The notes: generated from the sequence alone by a model not told the origin. 64,000 nt of DNA from an uncultured Solirubrobacteraceae bacterium (GCA_963737335.1 CAVTSK010000022.1:4017-68016); one strand, 5' to 3'. Positions 45,772 through 55,249 are shown, counted from the stretch's first letter. Numbers and translations are program-made.

Positions 45772-46851
45772 GTGAGCACCATCGAGCAGGCACCCCAGGT
45801 CGACGGCGACAAGCTGATGGCGTTCGTCTTTCGCGCCGTCGACGAGGTCGGCGCGACGCTGAACGCGGCACTGGTCGTCATGGGCGACAAGCTCGGCCTG
45901 TACCGTGCGCTGGCGGGCGCCGGCGGACTGTCGTCGGCCGAACTGGCGCAGCGCGCCGGGGCCAACGAGCGCTACGTCCGCGAATGGCTCAACGCCCAGG
46001 CGGCCGGCGGCTACGTCGCCTATGACCCCGCCAGTGGCCGCTACACGCTCCCGCCCGAGCAGGAGGTGGCGCTGACGGACTCCAACAGCCCCGCCTATCT
46101 GCCGGGGTTCTTCCAGATCGCGCTCGGCTCGGTGATCGACTCGCCACGGATCGTGGAGAAAGCCCGCAGCGGTGACGGCTTCGGCTGGCACGAGCATGTG
46201 CATGATGTGCACGAGGGCTGCGAGCGGTTCTTCCGGCCTGGATACAACGCGCACCTGATCGGCGAGTGGCTTCCGGCGCTGGACGGTGTGGTGGCCAAGC
46301 TCGAGGCCGGCGGGGCGGTGGCGGACGTCGGCTGTGGTCACGGCTCCTCCACGATCCTCATGGCGGAGGCCTTCCCTCGCTCGACGTTCCTGGGCTCCGA
46401 CTACCACGACGGCTCCATCGAGACCGCCCGCGCGCGCGGGCGCGACGCCGGTGTCGGGCAGCGCACCCGCTTTCAGGTGGCCCCAGCCGCCGGTTACAGT
46501 GGCACTGACTATGACCTCGTGACGATGTTCGACTGCCTGCACGACATGGGCGATCCGGTCGGGGCCGCTCGCCACGTCCACTCGACGCTGAAGCCTGACG
46601 GAACCTGGATGATCGTCGAGCCGCAGGCGGGCGACCGAATCGAGGACAACTTCAACCCTGTCGGTCGCGCCTACTACGGGTTCTCCACCCTGCTGTGCAC
46701 GCCCGCGTCGCTGTCCCAGGAGGTGGGGCTGGCCCTGGGCGCGCAGGCCGGCGAGGCCCGGATCCGCGACGTCGTGCAGGCCGGTGGGTTCACCCGCTTC
46801 CGCCGGGCTGCCGAGACCCCCTTCAACATCGTCTACGAGGCGCGCCCTTGA
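45772..46851 (+). CDS. class I SAM-dependent methyltransferase with N-terminal winged-helix-like domain
   Basis: Inner part of track ORF 45703..46851. GTG 45772 with AAGGAGG 8 nt upstream. Motif I VADVGCGHGSS, and later MFDCLHDMGDP. Confidence 0.85.
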   Translation: MSTIEQAPQVDGDKLMAFVFRAVDEVGATLNAALVVMGDKLGLYRALAGAGGLSSAELAQRAGANERYVREWLNAQAAGGYVAYDPASGRYTLPPEQEVALTDSNSPAYLPGFFQIALGSVIDSPRIVEKARSGDGFGWHEHVHDVHEGCERFFRPGYNAHLIGEWLPALDGVVAKLEAGGAVADVGCGHGSSTILMAEAFPRSTFLGSDYHDGSIETARARGRDAGVGQRTRFQVAPAAGYSGTDYDLVTMFDCLHDMGDPVGAARHVHSTLKPDGTWMIVEPQAGDRIEDNFNPVGRAYYGFSTLLCTPASLSQEVGLALGAQAGEARIRDVVQAGGFTRFRRAAETPFNIVYEARP

Positions 46852-49022
46852 CGACGACCGGCCTCACGGGGGCGGCGGCGTCCGCGAGCGCAATGCGGCT
46901 CGCGGACGCCGCGCGGCCGGAGCAGACCCGCGCGCGCTACCCGGATGCGGAGGGTTACGTCGAGCGCGATGGGGTCCGTGTTTTCTGGGAGACCTATGGC
47001 GCGGGCGAGGCGGCGGTTCTGCTGTTGCCGACCTGGAGCGTGGTGCACTCGCGGTTCTGGAAGTTCCAGATTCCTCACCTGGCGCGCCACGCGCGCGTGA
47101 TCACCTTCGACGGCCGCGGCAACGGGCGCACCGATCGCCCGGCCGGCGCCGAGGCCTACCGGCCCGAGCAGTTCGCGGCCGATGCGCTCGCCGTGCTCGA
47201 CGCCACGGGCACTGAGCGCGTCGCCCTCGTCTCGATCTCCTGCGGATCGCTCTGGGCGACGCTGCTGGCCGCCAACCATCCCGACCGGGTGGAGCGCTCC
47301 TGCTACATCGCCCCCGCCATCGGCCTGGGCCCGAGGGTCTGGGAGCGCACCGTGCATGCGTTCGACGAGCCGCTGGACTCAGACGACGGCTGGGCCAAGT
47401 ACAACGCGCACTACTGGCGGCGTGACTACCGCGGGTTCCTGGAGTTCTTCTTCGGCGAGTGCCTCGCTGAGCCGCATTCGACCAAGGCGATCGAGGACTG
47501 CATCGGCTGGGGGCTCGAGACGACCCCCGACGTCCTGGCCGACGCCACGCGCGGCACCGCCCTGACCAGCCCCGAGCCGATCGCCGAGACGTGCGCGCGG
47601 GTGCGTTGTCCGGTCCTGGTGATCCACGGCGACAGTGACGGCGTCCGTCTACATGCCGAGGGCGCCGCCCTGGCCGAGGCGACCGGCGGCGAGCTCGTCA
47701 CGCTGGAAGGCGCAGGCCACCTGCCGAGCGCCCGCGACCCCGTCCGGATCAACCTGTTGCTGCGTGAGTTCCTCTTCGGCCCGCCCGCGCGCCCGTCGCG
47801 GTGGCGGCGGGCGACAGCTCGGCCCCGCCGCGCTCTCTACGTGTCGTCGCCGATCGGCCTGGGACACGCGCGCCGCGACCTCGCTATCGCTGACGAGTTG
47901 CGGGCGCTGCATCCTGACCTGCAGATCGATTGGTTGGCCCAGCACCCGGTGACCGCGGCGCTGCGGGCGCGCGGCGAGCGGATTCATCCCGCGTCGAAGC
48001 GATTGGCTGCCGAGTCGGGGCACATCCAGGCCGAGGCCGTTGGGCACGACCTCCCCGTGTTCGACGCGCTCCGGCGCATGGATGAGATCCTGGTCGCCAA
48101 CTTCATGGTCTTCCAGGAGGTCGTTGAGCGCGAGCCCTATGACCTGTGGATCGGCGATGAGGCCTGGGAGGTCGACCACTTCCTGCACGAGAATCCCGAG
48201 CTCAAGTCGGCGGCATATGTGTGGCTGACGGACTTCGTCGGGTACCTGCCGATGCCCGAGGGCGGCGCCCGGGAGGCGGCGTTGACCGCCGACTACAACG
48301 CGGAGATGCTCGAGCAGATCGCTCGCTTTCCCCGCGTCCGCGACCGCGCGATCTTCGTCGGCGAGCCGGCCGACGTGGTCCCTGGTGACTTCGGCCCGGG
48401 CCTGCCGGCGATCCGGGAATGGACGGAGCGCCACTTCCAGTTCTGCGGCCACATCACCGGCTTTGACCCTGGGGCACTGGAGGACCGGGAGGCGCTGCGC
48501 CACGAGCTCGGCTATCCCGTGGATCGGCCGGTCTGTGTGGTCTCGGTGGGTGGCTCGGGCGTGGGTGAGGCGCTCCTGCGCCGGGTCGTGGCGTCGCTCC
48601 CGCAGGCCCGGCGGGAAGTCCCGGGACTGAGCATGATCGCCGTCACCGGCCCGCGGATCGACCCGTCGACGCTGCCGTCGGCCGACGGATTGGAGGTCCG
48701 GGCGTTCGTCCCCGACCTGCAGCGCCATCTTGCCGCCTGTGACCTGGCCGTCGTCCAGGGCGGCCTGACCACGACGATGGAGCTGACGGCGACGCGCACC
48801 CCGTTCATCTATGTGCCGCTGCGCCGCCACTTCGAGCAGAACCTGCACGTGCGCCACCGCCTCGAGCGTCACCGGGCGGGGCGGTTGCTGGAGTTCGACC
48901 AGGCTCACCCCGGCACGATCGCCCAGGCCATCGCGGAGGAGGTCGGCCGGCCCGTTGACTATCTGCCGCTCGATGGCGGCGGGGCCGCCCGGGCGGCGGC
49001 GATGATCGCCGAGCTGCTGTAG
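46848..49022 (+). CDS. fusion protein: N-terminal alpha/beta hydrolase plus C-terminal GT-B glycosyltransferase (GT1/GT28-like)
   Basis: Inner part of track ORF 46695..49022. TTG 46848 overlaps the methyltransferase stop (TTGA); the alternative start is ATG 46893. Hydrolase part is VLLLPTWSVVHSRFW...SISCGSLWAT. GT part runs from about 47830 (YVSSPIGLGHARRDLAIADELR...VVQGGLTTTMELTA). Confidence 0.8.
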   Translation: MTTTGLTGAAASASAMRLADAARPEQTRARYPDAEGYVERDGVRVFWETYGAGEAAVLLLPTWSVVHSRFWKFQIPHLARHARVITFDGRGNGRTDRPAGAEAYRPEQFAADALAVLDATGTERVALVSISCGSLWATLLAANHPDRVERSCYIAPAIGLGPRVWERTVHAFDEPLDSDDGWAKYNAHYWRRDYRGFLEFFFGECLAEPHSTKAIEDCIGWGLETTPDVLADATRGTALTSPEPIAETCARVRCPVLVIHGDSDGVRLHAEGAALAEATGGELVTLEGAGHLPSARDPVRINLLLREFLFGPPARPSRWRRATARPRRALYVSSPIGLGHARRDLAIADELRALHPDLQIDWLAQHPVTAALRARGERIHPASKRLAAESGHIQAEAVGHDLPVFDALRRMDEILVANFMVFQEVVEREPYDLWIGDEAWEVDHFLHENPELKSAAYVWLTDFVGYLPMPEGGAREAALTADYNAEMLEQIARFPRVRDRAIFVGEPADVVPGDFGPGLPAIREWTERHFQFCGHITGFDPGALEDREALRHELGYPVDRPVCVVSVGGSGVGEALLRRVVASLPQARREVPGLSMIAVTGPRIDPSTLPSADGLEVRAFVPDLQRHLAACDLAVVQGGLTTTMELTATRTPFIYVPLRRHFEQNLHVRHRLERHRAGRLLEFDQAHPGTIAQAIAEEVGRPVDYLPLDGGGAARAAAMIAELL

Positions 49023-49112
49023 GGGCCTGACCGGCTCACGCGCTGCTCTACCCGTGACCGACCGCACACTTGGAGGCGGTTATCCGCGCTATGCCACTGG
49101 GTAGGTATGGAG

Positions 49113-49156
49113 CGGCTAACCTTTAGCCGACCTAAATCTCTCGACATTCGGCTAAA
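49113..49156. promoter_or_regulatory. three GGCTAA/TTAGCC half-sites giving two mutually exclusive hairpins upstream of 49223
   Basis: A CGGCTAA 49113-49119, B TTTAGCCGA 49122-49130, C TCGGCTAAA 49148-49156. A:B pairs 7 bp with a 3-nt loop. B:C pairs 9 bp with a 17-nt loop. Confidence 0.3.
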
Positions 49157-49222
49157 GCCAAGTCGCCGTTGTGCCGACACCATGGACCAAGATCTGACCC
49201 CGTCTCCCGAGTGGAGTCCGCG

Positions 49223-49516
49223 ATGAGCCCCGAACGTACCCAGGCCTATGGCCGCGTCATGCACACCCTGAACGAACTGGGGCCCAGCAAGCTGCTGGAC
49301 GATGAGCAGGAGCGCATCCGCGATGCGGCCGACACGCTCATCTTCGCGGCCGACCTGATCGAGGACCCGGCCGCCGTCGAGGCGCTCGGCGACGTCGAGG
49401 CCCTGTGCACGTCTCTGGTGCAGAGCGGCCGTTGGACCGAGATCACCGCCGCCCGCCTGTCCAAGGACCTGCGCGAGTGCGGTCCGGACCTCGTGCCGGC
49501 CCGCCAGGCCGCCTAG
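49223..49516 (+). CDS. hypothetical protein, 97 aa
   Basis: Inner part of track ORF 49169..49516. ATG 49223 with TGGAG 7 nt upstream. Acidic helical protein, no family recognised. Confidence 0.6.
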   Translation: MSPERTQAYGRVMHTLNELGPSKLLDDEQERIRDAADTLIFAADLIEDPAAVEALGDVEALCTSLVQSGRWTEITAARLSKDLRECGPDLVPARQAA

Positions 49517-50556
49517 CTCGCTGCCTCAGCCGGCCCGGCGCACTGCAGCGCCAGCGCGTCGGCGAACGCGTCGACCTCCTCGGCCGTCGTGTCCCAGGAG
49601 CACATGAGCCGCTCCTCACGCTTGGTCTCGTCCCAGGTGTAGAAGCGCCACTGCGCGCGGACCGCGTCGGCGGCCTCGAGCGGCATGGCCGCGAACACCC
49701 CGTTGGCCTGCACCCGCTGGGTGATCGAGACGCCCGGGATGCCAGACAGGCGGTCGGCCAGCCGGGCCGCCATCGCGTTGGCGTGCGTGGCATTGCGCCG
49801 CCACAGGTCGCCCTCGAACATGGCCACGAACTGGGCGGCCAGGAAGCGCCCTTTGGAGGCCAGCTGCAGACTCTGCTTGCGCAGGTATTTGGCTCCCTCG
49901 GCCAGTGCCGGGTTCAGGAACACCACGGCCTCCCCCAGGACCATCCCGTTCTTCGTGCCGCCCAGGCTGAGGACATCGACCCCGGTGTCGGTGGCCAGTT
50001 CACCCAGCCCGCAGCCCAGCCCCGCGGCGGCGTTGGACAGCCGCGAGCCGTCCATGTGCAGGGCGAGTCCGAGCTCGTGGGCGGTATCGGCCAGCGCCCT
50101 GGTCTCCTCCGCGGTGTACCGGGTCCCGTACTCGGTGCTCTGGGTGATCGTCACCAGCCGCGCCTGCACGGCGTGCTCATCACCCACCCGCGTCACATGC
50201 GCGCGCACGTCGTCGGGGGTGAGCTTGCCGTCGGAGGTGGCAACGGTGAGCAGCTTGACGCCGGCGATGCGCTCAGCCGCGCCGCACTCGTCCACATTGA
50301 CGTGGGCGGTGTCGGCGCAGATGACCGCCTCCCACGGCCGGCACACGGCGCGCATCGACACGACGTTGGCGCCCGAGCCGTTGAAGACGAGCAGCGACTC
50401 CGACCGCTCGCCGAAGTGGCCGCGGAGCACCTCGAGCGCCCGCGCGGTCCACGGATCGGCGCCGTAGGAGACGGCGTGACCGTCGTTGGCCTGCGCCATC
50501 GCGGCCAGCACGTCTGGGTGCGCGCTTGCGTAATTGTCGGAGGCGAAGGCCTTCAC
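49513..50556 (-). CDS. low-specificity L-threonine aldolase (beta-eliminating lyase / GLY1 family, PLP-dependent)
   Basis: ORF track 49513..50556. FASDNYASAHPDVLAAM..., PLP-lysine context SLGGTKNG. GTG start. Confidence 0.85.
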   Translation of the reverse strand: MKAFASDNYASAHPDVLAAMAQANDGHAVSYGADPWTARALEVLRGHFGERSESLLVFNGSGANVVSMRAVCRPWEAVICADTAHVNVDECGAAERIAGVKLLTVATSDGKLTPDDVRAHVTRVGDEHAVQARLVTITQSTEYGTRYTAEETRALADTAHELGLALHMDGSRLSNAAAGLGCGLGELATDTGVDVLSLGGTKNGMVLGEAVVFLNPALAEGAKYLRKQSLQLASKGRFLAAQFVAMFEGDLWRRNATHANAMAARLADRLSGIPGVSITQRVQANGVFAAMPLEAADAVRAQWRFYTWDETKREERLMCSWDTTAEEVDAFADALALQCAGPAEAAS

Positions 50557-50773
50557 CGATGCCGAGCCTACGCAAAACTCGTCCCCGGGAGCGGCGCAAC
50601 CTTTGTCTCAACATGCTGTTGTAAGCGTCATCGAGTCCCTGAGATCCAGCTCAGGCGGCGGTGTCACCGCGGCGTCGTCAGACCTGCCGGGCAGCGATTT
50701 GCAACGCTTGGGCCGTCACGCGACATCATCTCAAGCGCGCCCTGAGCGAGGACTCGGCGCGCCCGACTGCACC

Positions 50774-53113
50774 ATGCCCCCCGTTTCGCGCCGACTGACA
50801 GCCCGCCCCGCCGCGTGGATCGCGTTCCTGCTGGCGACGCTGATCGCGTTGCTGGCGATGCCCGGCGTCACCTTGGCCGCGTCGACAGCGCCAGCCACCA
50901 AGGCCGTGACGTTCCAGGGCTACCGGCTCGTGGTGCCGGCGAGCTGGCCGGTGTACCGGCTCGCCACCGCCCCCGCCACGTGCGTGCGCTTTGACCGCCA
51001 TGCCGTCTACCTCGGCCGGCCCTCCGCGCAGCAGCGCTGCTCCGGGCAGGCCGCGGGCCGCACCGAGGCGATCCTCGTCCAGCCGCTCGGGGCGCGGGCC
51101 TCGCAGGTGCTCCCCGCTACCACCGCCGCCGGGACGGCCGGGATGGGCGCGGAGGCCCAGATCGTCGACCGCGCGCACCGGGTCCTCGTCACCGCGACGT
51201 GGAACCGCCACGCCGCGGTCATCCGCCGCGCGCTGCGCGTCGCCTCCCTCTCGGCCGCCGTGCACACTGCGGTGCGGCTGCGCCCGCACTCGGCGGTGGC
51301 CGCCGCCTCCGCGCGGATGCGCTCTCACGCGCGCACCCGCGCGACCGCCCCGGCGACGCCCGCCGGGCCGGGCCAGATCTACACCGGCCTGGGCTTTGAC
51401 GCCTGCAGCACGCCGAGTACGACGACGATGAGCGACTGGGGCGCCTCCCCCTATCGCGCCCTCGGCATCTATATCGGCGGCGCCAACGCGGCCTGTTCGC
51501 AACCCAACCTGTCGGCGGCCTGGGTCAGCCAGGAGTCGCTGGCCGGCTGGCACATGATCCCGATCTACGTCGGCTTGCAGTCGCCGTCGAACTCATGCGG
51601 GTGCGCCGGGATCTCCCCGGCGGCGGCCTCCACCCAGGGCGCCCAGGCCGCGCAGGACGCCATCCTCCAGGCCCAGGCGCTGGGGATGGGCGCAGGCAAC
51701 CCGGTCTACTTTGACATGGAGGCCTACAACCGGACCGCCGCCAACACCGGCGCCGTGCTGGCCTTCCTGCAGGCGTGGACCACCGGCCTGCACGCCGGCG
51801 GCTACCAGTCCGGCGTGTACTCCAGCGACGCCTCGGGAATCTCTGACCTGGTGGCTCAGGACGGCACCGGCTACGTCGAGCCCGACGAGCTGTGGATCGC
51901 CAACTGGAACAACCAGCAGACCACCACCGATCCCGACGTGCCCGCCACGGAATGGGCGTCGCACCAGCGCCTGCACCAGTACCGGGGCGCCCACAACGAG
52001 AGCTACGGCGGCGCCACCATCAACATCGACGGCGACTATCTGGACGGAGCCACGGCCGCGGCCGGCACCGGCTCCGGGGTCGACGCCGCGCCCGCCCCAG
52101 CGCCGACGCCGTCGCTCAAGGTCACCGGGGGCCCGGACGGCAGCACGGACCTCATCCCGAGCTGGACGGGCGCCACCGGGGTGGCCTCGTGGCAGCTGAT
52201 GGGCGGCTCGAGCCCCACCTCGTTCACCTACGGGGCCCCGATGGTCGCCGCCAATGGGCGCCTGCCGGTGGTGACCAAGAACGCGTTCGCCTACTGGGAG
52301 GTGGAGGCGCTCGACGTCAACGGCCAGGTGCTCGGCACATCGGCGGCCACCGCCACCCCGGCGCACGTGATGATCTTCGGCAACAGCGCGTTCGCCCCGC
52401 GGCGCGGGCTGGGCGCGGTGCCCGTCGGATGCATGGGGATGTCCTCGTGTGCCGTGACCACCACCATTTCGTCCGGCCGCACGACGTTCGCCACCACCAA
52501 GCGCGAGTTCATCCCCGCCGGCGGCGGCCTGGCCTACTTCACGCTGAGCAGCGCGGCCCAGAAGGCGCTGGCCAAGACTCACAATCATCAGCTCGCGGTC
52601 AACGTCAAGGTGCGCAGCACCTCGGGCCCCTCGGTGACGCGCAAGCTCACCCTCAGCTCGTTCACCACGGCCAACCCCAGCCCGGCGCGCAGCCCCGGCC
52701 AGTCCTCGCAACTGAAGCTGATCGGCACCACCGAGTTCGTGTCGCACGGCTGGGCCGGCGGGATCCTCGCCGAATGCATCGGTGCCACCCCGTGCCAGGC
52801 GACGACCAACCTCATGGCCGGGCGGACCACGATCGCCAAGACCCGGCCCCAGACCCTCGGCGCCGGCGAGCTGGGTTACCTGAGCTTCTCGCTGACCAGC
52901 GCCGGTCACAAGCTGCTGGCCAAGAACAAGAGCAACCAGCTCGGGGTGACGGCCACCATCACCACGCCGGCCCCCGCCGGCACCACCCCCGCGCCGTCGC
53001 CCACCGGCGGCAGTGGCGTCAGCGGCGGCGCGGCCCCCGGCATCACCCCGGCGAGCGTTCCCGCCACCATCGCCACGGCGAAGGCCCGCCTGGCACTCGT
53101 CGCCTTCCAGTAG
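50774..53113 (+). CDS. secreted DUF1906 (Rv2525c-like glycoside-hydrolase-fold) protein with a C-terminal duplicated Cys-pair domain
   Basis: Inner part of track ORF 50534..53113. ATG 50774 followed by the signal sequence MPPVSRRLTARPAAWIAFLLATLIALLAMPGVTLAAS. DUF1906-like core YTGLGFDACSTPS...YFDMEAY...WIANWN...HQYRG. Two ~115-aa repeats near the C-terminus. Confidence 0.8.
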   Translation: MPPVSRRLTARPAAWIAFLLATLIALLAMPGVTLAASTAPATKAVTFQGYRLVVPASWPVYRLATAPATCVRFDRHAVYLGRPSAQQRCSGQAAGRTEAILVQPLGARASQVLPATTAAGTAGMGAEAQIVDRAHRVLVTATWNRHAAVIRRALRVASLSAAVHTAVRLRPHSAVAAASARMRSHARTRATAPATPAGPGQIYTGLGFDACSTPSTTTMSDWGASPYRALGIYIGGANAACSQPNLSAAWVSQESLAGWHMIPIYVGLQSPSNSCGCAGISPAAASTQGAQAAQDAILQAQALGMGAGNPVYFDMEAYNRTAANTGAVLAFLQAWTTGLHAGGYQSGVYSSDASGISDLVAQDGTGYVEPDELWIANWNNQQTTTDPDVPATEWASHQRLHQYRGAHNESYGGATINIDGDYLDGATAAAGTGSGVDAAPAPAPTPSLKVTGGPDGSTDLIPSWTGATGVASWQLMGGSSPTSFTYGAPMVAANGRLPVVTKNAFAYWEVEALDVNGQVLGTSAATATPAHVMIFGNSAFAPRRGLGAVPVGCMGMSSCAVTTTISSGRTTFATTKREFIPAGGGLAYFTLSSAAQKALAKTHNHQLAVNVKVRSTSGPSVTRKLTLSSFTTANPSPARSPGQSSQLKLIGTTEFVSHGWAGGILAECIGATPCQATTNLMAGRTTIAKTRPQTLGAGELGYLSFSLTSAGHKLLAKNKSNQLGVTATITTPAPAGTTPAPSPTGGSGVSGGAAPGITPASVPATIATAKARLALVAFQ

Positions 53114-53134
53114 CCGCTCGGACTCCCGCGGCGC

Positions 53135-53704
53135 TCAGGCCCCGTCGCGCTTGCGCGCCAGCGGCCGGGGACGCGGGAGCGGCCGGCTGGCCTCGAGCGA
53201 GTGCGCGCACGAATGCAGGGCTTCGCGAACGGCCTCGATGGTGTCGGGCGCGAGGCCGTCGAGCATGTCGTCCTCGATCGCGTCCATGTTGCGGTCGCAG
53301 CGCTCGAGCACCTTCAGCCCCTTGGCGGTGACCGACGCGCGCAGCACCCGGCCGTGGTGCGGGTCAGGCCGGCGCCGGATGAGCGCCCGTCGCTCGAGCG
53401 CGGAGATGACCAGGTTCATCGCCTGCGGCGTCACGAACGCCCAGCGGGCGAGTTGGGCGCACGAGAGCCCGTCGCGTTCGCGCAGGACGCTGAGGGTCAC
53501 GTATTCGGTCGTGGTGATGCCGTGGCTGGCCACCGCCTCGTCCAGACGGACCCGCAGCCGGCGCTCGACCCGGTAGATGAGATACCCGATCCGGGGCACG
53601 ATCACAGGCGGGCTGACGGGGTTCGCGGCGGTGGCGCGATCCATGGTTCCCAACACTATCCAGGCCGCCGTCAAGACGGCGCCCGTGCCCTCGGTCCACC
53701 TCAT
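53135..53704 (-). CDS. MarR family transcriptional regulator
   Basis: ORF track 53135..53710. wHTH region TTTEYVTLSVLRERDGLSCAQLARWAFVTPQAMNLVISALERRALI. ATG 53704 preferred; ATG 53644 is an alternative start. Confidence 0.85.
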   Translation of the reverse strand: MRWTEGTGAVLTAAWIVLGTMDRATAANPVSPPVIVPRIGYLIYRVERRLRVRLDEAVASHGITTTEYVTLSVLRERDGLSCAQLARWAFVTPQAMNLVISALERRALIRRRPDPHHGRVLRASVTAKGLKVLERCDRNMDAIEDDMLDGLAPDTIEAVREALHSCAHSLEASRPLPRPRPLARKRDGA

Positions 53705-53732
53705 TGACAAGCAACTTGCGAATGCCTAGGCT
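53704..53732 (+). promoter_or_regulatory. candidate sigma-70-type promoter TTGACA-17 nt-TAGGCT for the 53793 gene, overlapping the MarR start codon
   Basis: Perfect -35 hexamer at 53704-53709, 17-nt spacer containing the GCAA-C-TTGC mini-palindrome, TANNNT-type -10 at 53727-53732, about 60 nt upstream of ATG 53793. Confidence 0.45.
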
Positions 53733-53792
53733 GCGGCGGGGAGAGGCCGCTGCCACCGGCAGCGGGCCACACACGAGAGAGGCGAGGACACG

Positions 53793-55181
53793 ATGAGCGG
53801 ACGATCTGTGCGCCGGTTCGGCGCAGGGCTCGTAGCAGCATGCGCATTGGCGCTGGCCGCGGCAGTGCCGGCCATGGCCGCGACGACTCATGCCACCGGC
53901 ACCACGTCTGACGGCGGCACCTGGATCGCCGATGTGCCATCCAGCTGGAACGGGACGCTACTGCTCTACAGCCACGGCTACGGCACGCTCAGCCCGCAGG
54001 ACGCGCCGGACCCCAACACCGAGGCGGCGCTGCTCAACGCCGGCTACGCCCTGGCCGGCTCCGGCTATGACCCCAACGGCTCACTCTGGGCCCTGGGCAG
54101 CGCGGTGCGCGACCAGTTCCAGACCCTCCAGGCGGTCAAGAAGACGGTCCTCCCCTCGCGCCCGAGCCAGGTGCTCGCCTTCGGGACCTCGATGGGCGGC
54201 CTCATCAGCGCGCTCGAGGATCAGCAGTCCAACGGGCGACTGGACGGCGCGCTGACCACCTGCGGCCTGGTCGCCGGCGGCATCCAGCTCAACAACTACC
54301 AGCTCGACGGCGAATACGCGCTCAACAGCCTGCTGGCCGGTAATGCCGCCAAGCTCGTCAACTACACGAGCCAGGGCGACGCGGTCACCGCCGCCACCAT
54401 CCTCAACACCGCGGCCGCCCAGGCCCAGACGACCCCGGAGGGCCGCGCCCGGCTCGCCCTGGCCATGTCGCTCATGGACGTCGGCAGCTGGGCGCCCGGC
54501 GAGACCATGCCCGGCGTCTATGACTACGCCGCGCAGGAGCAGGGGCAGTACGACATGGAGTTCGTCGCCAATCCGGTGATGATCTTCGTCGAGACCGGAC
54601 GCCAGCAGATCGAGCTGGCCGCGGGCGGCAACGGCGGCTGGGACGTCGGCGTCAACTTCGCCAAGCTGTTGTCCCACTCGTCCTACTACGCCGAGGTCCA
54701 CGCCCTCTACCAGGCGGCCGGCCTCAGCCTCCGCGACGACCTCAAGGCCCTGACGCGCGGCGCCAACATCCGCGCCTCAGACAAGGCGATCCGCTGGCTG
54801 CAGCAGACGTCGGTTCCCACCGGCCACCTCCAGGTGCCCGAGCTGGACCTGCACACGATCTCCGATCAGCTCGTCCCGGTCCAGCAGGAGAACTACTACC
54901 ACGGCCTCGTCCGCAAAGCGGGCGACAAGGCCCTGCTGCGCCAGGCGTTCGTGCAGCGCCAGGAACACTGCAACTTCACCCCGGCGGAGCTGGTGGCCGG
55001 CGTGCAGGCGCTCCAGCACCGGGTGCAGACCGGGAGCTGGGGCCAGGCGGCGCTGCCCTCGAGTCTCGAGACGGCGGCCACCGGCCTCAACCTGGGCGAT
55101 GCGGCGTTCACCACGTTCTGGCCCGATCGCCTGACCGGCGACAACGGCCCCTTCAACCCGTTCACCGAGGGCAGCCGCTGA
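53793..55181 (+). CDS. secreted alpha/beta-hydrolase-fold protein (family not recognised)
   Basis: ORF track 53793..55181. Signal peptide MSGRSVRRFGAGLVAACALALAAAVPAMAATT. YSHGYG and GTSMGG (GxSxG) motifs. GAGGA SD. Confidence 0.7.
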   Translation: MSGRSVRRFGAGLVAACALALAAAVPAMAATTHATGTTSDGGTWIADVPSSWNGTLLLYSHGYGTLSPQDAPDPNTEAALLNAGYALAGSGYDPNGSLWALGSAVRDQFQTLQAVKKTVLPSRPSQVLAFGTSMGGLISALEDQQSNGRLDGALTTCGLVAGGIQLNNYQLDGEYALNSLLAGNAAKLVNYTSQGDAVTAATILNTAAAQAQTTPEGRARLALAMSLMDVGSWAPGETMPGVYDYAAQEQGQYDMEFVANPVMIFVETGRQQIELAAGGNGGWDVGVNFAKLLSHSSYYAEVHALYQAAGLSLRDDLKALTRGANIRASDKAIRWLQQTSVPTGHLQVPELDLHTISDQLVPVQQENYYHGLVRKAGDKALLRQAFVQRQEHCNFTPAELVAGVQALQHRVQTGSWGQAALPSSLETAATGLNLGDAAFTTFWPDRLTGDNGPFNPFTEGSR

Positions 55182-55228
55182 TAGCCCCGTCTCTCGGTCC
55201 ACCAGCAGCAGGACGGTGCGCATAACGT

Positions 55229-55249
55229 CTCTGGGGCCTGTCCCCAGAG
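55229..55249 (+). terminator. terminator-like hairpin after the secreted hydrolase gene
   Basis: CTCTGGGG-CCTGT-CCCCAGAG, a perfect 8-bp stem 47 nt after the stop. A second GC-alternating hairpin follows at about 55266-55291. Confidence 0.5.
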
